From positions 22,878,001 to 22,942,000 of the forward strand of contig OX597829.1 in NCBI GenBank assembly GCA_951406725.2: a stretch of 64,000 nt of DNA. Direction: 5' to 3'. Each line of letters opens with the position of its first letter. The first letter of the stretch is position 1. This DNA is from Octopus vulgaris (taxonomy: Eukaryota). The notes beneath the pieces are model-generated. The model was not told where the DNA came from and did not search any database. It saw nothing but the letters and a program-made list of their open reading frames with translations. This document shows, in pieces, positions 53,724 through 64,000 of the stretch. The position numbers and the translations under genes were made by a program.

Positions 53724-53865
53724 AGCTCTTAAATAATATGGAAAAAACAGTGATTAACAAATTGGTGTTGCAAATGAGCCGGGTAAAAATTCTCTACAAG
53801 ATGCTTTCTGTCTGCCACTAATATACATCTGTGCTTTTTAACGATAAATGTCAATACGAGAGGCA

Positions 53866-54267
53866 AAGCGGCGAGCTGGCAGAAACGTTAGCACGCCGGG
53901 CGAAATGCTTAGTGGTATTTCGTCTGCCGCTACGTTCTGAGTTCAAATTCCGCCGAGGTCGACTTTGCCTTTCATCCTTTCGGGGTCGATCAAATAAGTA
54001 CCAGTTACGCACTGGGGTCGATATAATCGACTTAATCGGTTTTTCTGTCCTTGTTTGTCCTCTCTGTATTTAGCCCATAGTGGGTAGTAAAGAAATAGGT
54101 ATTTCGTCTGTCTTTACGTTCTGAGCTCAAATTCCGCCGAGGATCGATAAATTAAGTACCTTCCAGGGTCGATGAATTAAGTACGAATTACGTACTGGGG
54201 TCGATTTAATCGACTGGCCCCCCTCCTCCAAAATTTTGGGCCTTGTGCCTAGAATAGAAAAGAATAC
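53866..54267 (+). mobile_element. SINE family B followed by a partial B with alternative tail
   Basis: First tail ...CCCATAGTGGGTAGTAAAGAAATA; second ...AAATTTTGGGCCTTGTGCCTAGAATAGAAAAG. Confidence 0.8.
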
Positions 54268-54314
54268 GAGAAGCTTTCTCAAGACGAATACCGCATCGTT
54301 GTCGTTTTCCATAG

Positions 54315-54500
54315 TACGAGATGATATCAAAAAGCTCTCCAGACTAGTTCTGTAGCGCGCCAACAGAAGGCAACACACGGTTGCGTGCACAGTGAGAGCT
54401 AGCAGTGACCTTCGTGTGGCCGTATGTCCAGCGACATCGCTGTGTTTACTTCGCAAGTCGTGGAATTTGTGTTTTTCGTGACCACATTAAGATGTACAGA
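54315..54500 (+). mobile_element. Possible mariner-type 5' terminal fragment
   Basis: TACGAGATGATATCAAAAAGCTCTCCAGACT resembles mariner TIRs; no partner end found. Confidence 0.35.
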
Positions 54501-54616
54501 ATGATACTCTGAACAAGTATTGCTTCCGTCGCTAATAGCATATATAGCACTCACATACGAATGCACACAGGGATATATGCATGTATATATATATATATAA
54601 CAACATATATATATAT

Positions 54617-54659
<43 letters not shown>

Positions 54660-54724
54660 AAGAGAGAAAGAGAGAGAGAGGGAGAGAGAACAAAGGTATT
54701 TTATTCCACATGGGTAGAAATATA

Positions 54725-55277
54725 GGAAAACTAGAAGTTGAGAATGCACTGAGAATAGTTACAATATTTTTTATTAATAAATCTAAAGCTTTAACCGAGT
54801 TCACAGTTTACACTGATTTTCAAAAATTTCAAATAGAAAAACGTGACTTATCCCGCAGCTGTTTTGCTTCAGACTGGTGTTTGAAGCTTGCCCTATTTTT
54901 AAGGGGAGTTCACGGCTCAAATTATTGTATGTTTTGAACAAGATTTTGTTGGTAGAGGATAATCACATGACGGGTCTTAGAAATTTTTGTAGGTTCTCCA
55001 TAACGTCTGTGTGTTAGTGTCAAGTGATAATGTTTGACGTCGTAAATCGGAGAACCTACAAAAATTTCTAAAACCAGTCATATACTAATTTGAGCCAGGA
55101 ACTCCCTACAAAAACGGAGCAAAATTCAGACGCTCGTCAGAAGCAAGACAGCTGCGATATAAGCCATGTCTTTCTATTTGAAATTTTTGAAAGTCAGTGT
55201 AAACTGTGAAGTCGGTTAAAGCTTCAAATATTTTAATAAAAAATATTTTAACTATTCTCAGTGTATTTTCAATTTTT

Positions 55278-55281
<4 letters not shown>
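54725..55281. mobile_element. Palindromic solo Penelope terminal repeat
   Basis: 54725-55045 nearly matches 28285-28605; inverted diverged arm at 55049-55281. Confidence 0.85.
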
Positions 55282-55331
<50 letters not shown>

Positions 55332-55731
55332 GTAATATTAAAAATGAACTTCAATCTTGCTTGCTTGTAATGTTACAAGGCCAAACTGGCGCCTAATGGG
55401 AAAATACTATAAATTAAGGTTCCCCTGAAATGTGAATACAAATGGAACAAAACAAGTTTCGCGTAAATCGGAGAGTTTGTTCTTGAGATATTGGGGGTTT
55501 GGTGGGTATAAATACCCAAAGCAGTGCATAATGGGAAAAAAAACTCTAAAATTAAACTTCACCCTGAAAAGGAAGAAACTCAACCCTTTCGATTAGACAC
55601 ACTGTGATAAGAAAAACATGGTTGGAATTGTTGTTCGTATTTAACGAAATAATTAAAATTCATTTCCCTGAATCAATGTCATTTGCTTCACCATATACTT
55701 ATTTTTAGCTAAATTTCAAAGTTTATTTTCA

Positions 55732-55819
<88 letters not shown>

Positions 55820-56059
55820 GAAGAGGGTTCATACGTTGTTTCTTAAAACTATTATAATATGAGCAAATGAAGAATGAAATAAGAAATGCGATAAATCCGC
55901 AGATCATGATGTTCTCCGTTATCAAAACATGTGTGGAATTTGGTTCAGTCTGGATTCCACCCACCTACTCCCTTCTAACTCACAGAAAACCTCTCCGAGG
56001 CATAGATCTAATGTACGCCAAGATTCTGTTATATCATTCACATTTTTCTGTCGGTGTAT

Positions 56060-56465
56060 TACTGACCTCCTTATTGTCACTTCCGCTTATTCTCTAATGA
56101 CCTAGTTACTGACACTTCCGATTGTACTCTAACGGCATACTTATTGACACATCCGCCTGTACTCTACTGACGTAAGTAACCGTCACTTCCGCCTGTTCTC
56201 TAACGACCTACTTACTATAAAAAGTTGCCATTTTTACGTTAGTGACCTCCTTACTGTAACTTCCGTTTATACGTTAACGACCTATTTACTCTCACTTCCG
56301 CCTGTACGCAAACGACCTACTTACCATCACTTCCGTCTATATGTTAACGACTTTCTGCCACTTCCATTTGTAAGTTAACGGCATACTTATCTTCGTTCTT
56401 GTGTATATATTGACCTATTTACTCTCACTTCCGTCCATAAGTTAACGATCTACTTACTCTCACTG
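56060..56465. repeat. Degenerate 35-bp minisatellite (~11 units)
   Basis: Consensus approximately GACCTACTTACTGTCACTTCCGCCTGTACTCTAAC. Confidence 0.85.
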
Positions 56466-57170
56466 CTAAACAAACACGCTCTAATGCAAATGATTCCACA
56501 ACTCATTTCTCCTTAATCTTCCTCGCAGACTTCAACCAGAATCCTTTATGAGAAATAGCCGCCTCACACCAAATATTCACTTCCTCCTTGAAAACATCTA
56601 CCAACAGACTCATAATATTCTTGATTGTTTCTACAGCACAAACAGTCTGTTCATATCAAGCAAAATTGTTACAGCTGTTTCAATTATGCAATTACTTAAA
56701 TGTTACGTAGAAACATTACATATGAAATGGTACAAATATAACACAAAAACTGCGAAGAAGTGCGGTTTAGTGGTTAGGAGTATTCGGCTTACGATCATAA
56801 TAATGTCGTAGATGCAATCGTTGAACTGGGCAGTATATTGTGTCCTTGAGCAAGGCACTTCATTTCACATTATTCCAGTCTACTCAGCTGAAAATGAGTC
56901 AGGTGCTGGTGCAGTTCCCTTCCTCTCCAGCTCTCACGTTCTTGATGTGTTACAAGGTCAAAGGATAGGAAAGTCAATAGGTTTGTCTATGTCTGTGCGT
57001 GATTGCACGGGCATCTAAAACAATTAATGAAAGTATGGTACATGTTAGTAAGCCTTAATCAGTCGCAGGTAACGGCTGGTTAAAAGTTTAATAGAGACTA
57101 ATTAGTATTTTTGTTACTTAGTAATTATTATTTAAAGCCGTAAGAGTGCCAAAATTAATTTGGCCATCCT

Positions 57171-57650
57171 AGGCGGCAAACTGGCAGAATCACGAGCATG
57201 TCAAATATACTGCTTAACCGCATTTATTCCGCTTTATGTTCCGAGTTCACATTCCATCGGAGTCAACTTCGTCTTTCATCTTTTCGCAGTCGATGAAATA
57301 GGTTTCAGTTGAGCCCTGGAGTCGATGTAGTTTCAGGCTAGGTGGTTATAGCGTCGGGATCGCAGTCATGAGTAGTGAGTTCGATTCCTAGCTGTGTGTT
57401 GTGTTCTTGGGCGAGGCACCATTGTATTTCACGTTGCTCCAGTTCACTCAGCCGTAACGTCACTGGTGCCATGCTGTATCGATCTTTGCCTTTCCCTTGG
57501 ATATAACATCAGTGGTGTGGAGAAAAGAGGCCGATATGCATGGGCAACCGACGGTCTTCCATAAACAACCTTGCCTGGACTTGTACCTCAGAGAGGTACT
57601 TTTTAGATGCAATTACATGGTCATTCATGACCGAAGCGAGGTTTTACCCT
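57171..57650 (+). mobile_element. Degenerate SINE B followed by another old tRNA-derived SINE
   Basis: GGCGGCAAACTGGCAGAA...CTTTCATCTTTTC; second head with GAGTTCGATTCC at ~57378. Confidence 0.6.
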
Positions 57651-58063
57651 TACTCTTTACTCTTTTACTCTTTTACTTGTTTCAGTCATTTGACTGCGGC
57701 CATGCTGGAGCACGCGCCTTTAATGGAGAAAATCGACCCCGGGACTTATTCTTTTGTAAGCCCAGTACTTATTCTATCGGTCTCTTTTGCCGAACCGCTA
57801 AGTGACGGGGACATAAACACACCAGCATCGGTTGTCAAGCAATGCTTGGGGGACAAACACAGACACACAAACACATACACGCATATATATATATATACAT
57901 ATATACGACGGGCTTCTATCAGTTTCCGTCTACCAAATTCACTCACAAGGCTTTGGTCGGCCCGAGGTTATAGTAGAAGGCACTTGCCCAAGGTGCCACG
58001 CAGTGGGACTGAACCCGGAACCATGTGGTTGGTAAACAACCTACTTACCACACAGCCACTCCT
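57650..58063 (-). mobile_element. SINE family A
   Basis: Full-length copy. Confidence 0.9.
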
Positions 58064-58214
58064 TCACCCCACTTCTTTTTTTTTTTTTACCTATGGTAAA
58101 AAGGGTTTAATTACACAACCCAATCTCTGACAATTAATTTTAGGCGATTTCAAACAAATAATAATTAGAATACGAAGCTTCGTCTTAAATGTAAACAGCA
58201 TTCTAATGTCTGTT

Positions 58215-58425
58215 ACTCTTTTACTCTTTTACCCTTTTACTTGTTTCAGTCATTTGACTGTGGCCATGCTGGAGCACCGCCTTTAGTCGAGCAAATCGAC
58301 CCCGGGACTTATTCTTTTGTCAGCCCAGTACTTATTCTATCGGTCTCTTATGCCGAACCGCTAAGTGACGGGGACGTAAACACACCGGCATCGGTTGTCA
58401 AGCAACGCTAGGGGGACAAACACAA

Positions 58426-58476
<51 letters not shown>

Positions 58477-58641
58477 TACGACAGGCTTCTTTCAGTTTCC
58501 GTCTACCAAATCCACTCACAAGGCATTGGTCGGCCCGGGGCTATAGCAGAAGACACTTGCCCAAGATGCCACGCAGTGGGACTGAACCCGGAACCATGTG
58601 GTTGGTTAGCAAGCTACTTACCACACAGCCACTCTTGCGCC
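58215..58641 (-). mobile_element. SINE family A
   Basis: Full-length near-consensus copy. Confidence 0.9.
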
Positions 58642-58654
58642 TATGTTATATTTT

Positions 58655-58913
58655 TTTATCTTTTACTTGTTTCAATCATTAGACTGTGGCCATGCTGGGG
58701 TACCACCTTGAAAGATTTTTAGTCGAATGAATCGACCCCAGTATTTTTTAAAGCTTGGTACTTATTCTAGCGGTCTCTTTTACTGAACCGCTAAGTTAGA
58801 GAGACGTAAACACATCAACACCGGTCGTCAAATGGTGGTAGAGAACGAACACGCACACATACAGACATAGATAGATAGATAAATAGATAGATAGATCGGT
58901 AGATCGATAGATC

Positions 58914-58984
<71 letters not shown>

Positions 58985-59150
58985 GGATGGATAGATAGAT
59001 AGACAGACAGACAGACAAACAGATACGACAGGCTTCTTTGAGCTTCTGTCAACCAAATCCATTCGCAAGGTTTTCGGTCGGTGTGAAGACACTTGTCCAA
59101 GATGCCATGTAGTGGGACTGAACCTGGAACCATGTGATTGAGAAGTACGC
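58655..59150 (-). mobile_element. SINE family A, older, with internal (GATA)n
   Basis: Family A homology; head interrupted by SINE B, remainder at ~59370-59390. Confidence 0.8.
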
Positions 59151-59366
59151 TTCTTTTCTACTCTCGGCACAAGGCCCGAAATTTTTGGGGAGGGTGCCAG
59201 TCGATTAGATCGACCTCGGTACGCAGCTGGTACTTAGTTTATCGACCTCGAAAGGATGAAAGGCAAAGTCGACCTCAGCGGAATTTGAACTCAGAGCGTA
59301 ACGGCAAGCGAAATGCCGCTAAGCATTTCGCCCGGCGTGCTAACGTTTCAGCCAGCTCGCCGCCTT
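59151..59366 (-). mobile_element. SINE family B with alternative tail
   Basis: B head and central domain; GGGCCTTGTGCC tail. Confidence 0.85.
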
Positions 59367-59853
59367 AAACTTCTTACCTCACAGCCACGACTACACCAGT
59401 ATATATACATCTATATACACACTGGATTGCCGTTCACATTTATGCGACTACCTTTGTATTTCATTCTTCTAAAGTTGATAAATCAAGTATTAGTTCAAAT
59501 ACTGAGGCCATTTCTTCTTCTTCTTCTTCTTCTTCTTCTTCTTCTTCTTCTTCTTCTTCTTCTTCTTCTTCTTCTTCTTCTTCTTCTTCTTCTTCTTCTT
59601 CTTCTTCTTCTTCTTCTTCTTCTTCTTCTTCTTCTTCTTCTTCTTTTCTCTCACCTACTCTCTCTCTCTCTTGTTCACACACTCTCTCTCCCTCCCGCGC
59701 AATCAACTGCGTTGGTCTTTGAGAAGGTCATGGTTGGACCACTCACAGCGTTCCTTGATCTGCAGCCATTAACCGCTTCTTCTCTAGCATAGAACCCAAA
59801 GAATTGATGCCATTGATAGCTGTACAGCAATAGGCAGCAGCAGCAGCAACAGT

Positions 59854-60330
59854 GGAGGTGCAATAGCCCAGTGGTTAGGACAGCGAAGTCGCAGTCGTAA
59901 GAACGCGGTTTCGATTCCCACACCGGGCATTGTGAGTGTTTTATGAGCAAAAACACCTAAGCTCCACGAGGCTCCGGCGGGAGTGGGGGAGAACCCCGCT
60001 GTACTCTTTCACCACAATTTTCTCTCACTTTTTCTTCCTACTTCTGCCACAAAGCAGAGGAACAACGGGGTAACCCACTATGGTGTGGTAAAACTTTTAG
60101 ACCCTAGTCTAGATTGCGAATCCTCTATACCCCAGGATGGTTCAGCTCTCCACCCGTTAAAAGCCACCGTTTACTGAATGAAGATAGCAACGTAGCTTTC
60201 GCGCCCGTGCAACCGCCAGTCTATCGCGTGTGGTGAGTGGATCTTCAAGTTGCCACACGCATTCTTAGTAGCTTAGAGTAGGCTCAAATTAGAGATTATT
60301 CTTTGTGGCTAATGGCGTGAGTCCTGACTG
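59854..60330 (+). mobile_element. SINE family C, tail type 4
   Basis: Shared head 59854-60040; unrelated 290-bp segment ending at (GAA)n. Confidence 0.75.
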
Positions 60331-60657
60331 GAAGAAGAAGAAGAAGAAGAAGAAGAAGAAGAAGAAGAAGAAGAAGAAGAAGAAGAAGAAGAAGGAGGAG
60401 GAGGAGGAGGAGGAGGAGGAGGAGGTGGAGAAGAAGGATGAGGGGGATGGGATGAGGGGGGATGAGGAGGATGGGAGAGAAGGAGGAGGAGAAGAAGAAA
60501 GAAGAAAGAAGAAGAAAAAGAGGAAGAAGGTAGAAAGAAGGAAGAGGGGGAGGAGGAGGAAAAGAAGAAGGAGAAGAGTGGTAGTAGCAGCAGCAGGAGC
60601 AGCTGTAGATAGATTTTCTTGCTCAAGGCAAGAAGAAGAAAATATATTATTAAATAA

Positions 60658-60877
60658 CCCTTTCTAATATAGACACAAAGCCTTAAATTTGGGGGTGGGG
60701 TGGAGCTAAGTCGATTACATCGACCCCTCTCTTCAACTGGTATTTATTTTATCGAGACCCCGTAAGGATGAAAGGCAAAGTCGACCTCGGTGGAACTCTA
60801 ACTCAGAACGGTAAAATGGATGATATGCCGATAAGCAATTTTGCACGGAGTGCTAACGATTCTGCCAGCTCGCCGCC
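60658..60877 (-). mobile_element. SINE family B with alternative tail, diverged
   Basis: B homology. Confidence 0.75.
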
Positions 60878-60983
<106 letters not shown>

Positions 60984-60991
60984 CAACAGTA

Positions 60992-61024
<33 letters not shown>

Positions 61025-61033
61025 ACAACAGTA

Positions 61034-61131
<98 letters not shown>

Positions 61132-61139
61132 TAATAATA

Positions 61140-61681
61140 ATGCCCTGATGCAGTACCAGGGCTTCTGATCTTAACTGATTGGAAGTGTTATCATGTACAT
61201 TGTTTTGTCTTGGTATAAAAGATGGGCTACAGCAAATATTCTGCTCAATACCACAGATTTGCTTGTCAGTTGCTTGACCTTAACCAGTTGACCATGTTCC
61301 TTGGTGGCTGACGATATGTGCATCTCTGATCACGAGCAGAAGTAGTGGGGGAGCATCATAGCCATGTGTTGAGAGGGATTCTTAGAGGTTTGGATAATTC
61401 ACCTCTGGAAACATGGGTGTTTCGTTCAACATCCTTAAACAACCCTTATTCAGGGCCATTTCGAGTGGAATGGGCCACTCGACCTGAAGAAAATTCTAAC
61501 TGGGCCCCACCTGCAAGGTCATGTGCTGTTTATTTTGATATGAGATCACCATGTCGTGCACATATGGTTGTGATGCATGTTCCTGGTGTACCCCTATCAG
61601 ACGGGTAGTCATGATGGGTATATTGGGCTTCGTATATTTCACCCCAGTGTCACTTTGATGGCATGCACTGCTCTCTCAGTC
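61140..61681 (-). mobile_element. Element D, embedded in (TAA)n
   Basis: Reverse complement of 48421-48976. Confidence 0.8.
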
Positions 61682-61753
<72 letters not shown>

Positions 61754-61844
61754 TCTTTCTACTATAGGCACCACTGGTACTTATTTTATCGACCTTCGAA
61801 AAAGCGGAAGTCAAAGTCGACCTCGATGGAATAAGAACCTCAGT

Positions 61845-62190
61845 TCATGTATTTGATAACTGATATGTGCTGGCCAGGCATCAACTTTTTTTCAAACTTC
61901 CTCTTTTGAAGGATCTTCAAGAATAAGATACAATTCAAAAATGAAGATTGGACCTAATTGACATTGATCCACCTTCCTGGTGATAGATCCGTCCACGAGT
62001 CTGTTGACAGGATAATATGGAAATGTTTCCCTATTTCTCTCCAAGGCAACAAGCATTCGTTATAGTAGTTGGAGCGAGAAGGAGGGGTAGGGTGTTTCTA
62101 GTTATCCCCTCCCCCCTCACCCGACTAGTGGAATAGATGCGGTTGATGTTCAGTTTAACATGAGTGGGAGTCGGTGTCCGGAGAAAGGAA

Positions 62191-62235
<45 letters not shown>

Positions 62236-62928
62236 TGTGTGTGTGTTCGTGTGGTTAGGGGAGAATGTATGAAGAGGGAACAGTTCTGGGATGAAGGATG
62301 GGACATAGACTTTACAAAAGGAAAGGAGAGAGGAACGGATCGAAATCAGTCCAAAAAATCATTAGAACTCGGTAGGCATGGATGGGTTGATGTGATGTAC
62401 CCACCTTAGCCCACGTGACCTATTCCTCTCTTCATCCCGTTTTACGCCCCAGACCCTATTGTAAGCTTTGTGTCCAATCCTCCTCCAAAACCGTTCCTCC
62501 TTCACATACCCTCCCAAACCCACTCTCTTTCTCTCCCAACTCCCCTACCTCACCTTCTCTTTCACTTCCTTTTTCCAGATACCAAGCTTCACTCATGTTA
62601 AACTGAACATCAGCCGCATCTATTTCATTGGTCTGGTGTGTGTGTGTGTATATGTATGTGGAGGAGTTTATGCTATGGATCCTACTACTTTCCTCCTCGC
62701 TCAAACTAGTTTAACGAATGCACGTTGCCTTGGTCAGAGGTAGTAAAACATTTCCATATTACCCAGTCAGCAGAATCATGAACGGGTTCACCACTAGCAA
62801 GGTGGATCCATGTCAATCACTCTCTTTCTTCATTCTTGAAGTGTATCTAATTCCTGGAGATCCTTCAGTAGGGGAAGTTTGAAAAAAGTTGATGCCTGGC
62901 CAGGACGTATCAAATACTAAATACATGA
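61845..62928. mobile_element. 1.08-kb diverged fold-back element
   Basis: CTGGCCAGGCATCAACTTTTTTTCAAACTTCC inverted at ~62873-62903; pairing continues inward to ~62320/62455. Confidence 0.8.
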
Positions 62929-63864
62929 TGTTGTTATTTATGCAATATCTTTTTTCTCCTCCTACTTCCGCATGAAACGAGAAAATTTATCTACAGCTGC
63001 TGCTGTTATTGTTACTGCTGCTGCTACTGCTGCTGCTGCTGCTGCTGCCTGTTGCAGTACAGCTGTCAATGACCTTAATTCTTCAGTGACAAATGCACAT
63101 CTGTTGCGCAACAGGATTACACGAGGTCATGGCAACCTGATCGTCCTGACGCAGCACCACGAAGTTTTCTACGCATCGCTAACAAGTTGACGGCAATACG
63201 AACAATCGAAAGAGGTTTGACCTACTTGAAAACAACACCCAAGTGTCCCTCAGTGTCATATGCTACTGTCTAAAAACGGAAGGATACATCATTAGATAGT
63301 ACAATCAAGCACAAAAAAAAACCGGGATGATTACAACCGGAATGCTTTTGCTAATAGTCTTATTCGCTCGGAGATTGAACAACTGACAACAACATTAAGA
63401 ACTGTTATATTTAGCCCCCCCCCACCACCACCACCACCACCCCGCCGTACTTCTCTTTCTTCTCTTTCCTCTCTTCTTTTCATTTTTATTACTCTTCTCT
63501 CTTAGTTGCTTAGTTCTTCCTATTGCCTTCGGTTTCATTCCCAATATTCTCTTATGACTAACAATTACAGCGTGGAAGAACAGACAAAAAGACTGTTAAC
63601 TTCACTTAAACGTTTGTTTGGTTTATTTGGTGTCAAGATTTTCGTCGGGCGCTCTGTGACCTAGTCACTGACACAGTTCCCCAACACGTTTAAAAGTCAC
63701 TTGTGTGTTTTTTTGAATGGCTGCAATCTGTCTTCCACTATTTGTAAATGTTTTAGTTTCAAAGCCCGTCTCAGAGCAAATCATTTGCCTCGCCAATGAA
63801 CATCTTATGACTACGTTTTAAAAGATTTATCACCCAAAGCTAAAAACGATTGACAAGAACATCT

Positions 63865-64000
63865 CTTTTACTCTTTTACTTGTTTCAGTCATTTGATTGT
63901 GGCCATGCTGGAGCACCGTCTTTAGTCGAGCAAATCGACCCCAGGACTTATTCTTTGGAAGCCTAGTACTTATTCTATCGAACTCTTTTGCCGAACCGCT
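63865..64000 (-). mobile_element. SINE family A 3' end (runs off the window)
   Basis: Tail homology. Confidence 0.85.

Noticed and set aside
56060-56465. CRISPR-like periodicity
   Set aside because: Units are contiguous degenerate tandem repeats with no unique spacers; eukaryotic context and no cas genes
62972-63190. Poly-Ala ORF as an exon
   Set aside because: Short (GCT)n microsatellite with no recognisable domain; an exon cannot be excluded but is unsupported

Overview
This is an AT-rich, very repeat-dense eukaryotic intronic or intergenic window. The SINE and microsatellite repertoire resembles coleoid cephalopod (Octopus-like) DNA, which is an inference from recognition rather than a search. 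I found no intact host gene, rRNA, true tRNA or CRISPR array, and almost all long ORFs are translated microsatellites. The window holds more than 40 copies of several tRNA-derived SINE families (called A, B and C here) and a 550-bp (TAA)n-associated element (D). It also holds decayed RLE-type R4/Dong-like, Tx1/L1-like, CR1-like and RTE-like LINEs, a Neptune-type Penelope-like element (RT plus GIY-YIG), Tc1/mariner remnants and many fold-back elements. The most notable signal is a set of hammerhead-ribozyme motifs in non-coding Penelope-LTR-like or retrozyme-like units. These are a canonical-core pair in the inverted arms of an 850-bp element (47371-48220), one between 138-bp direct repeats (38354-39037), and several families of minimal hammerheads with recurring non-canonical cores. 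One SINE head also occurs with four unrelated 3' tails. All coordinates and base pairings were read by eye and may be off by a few bases.
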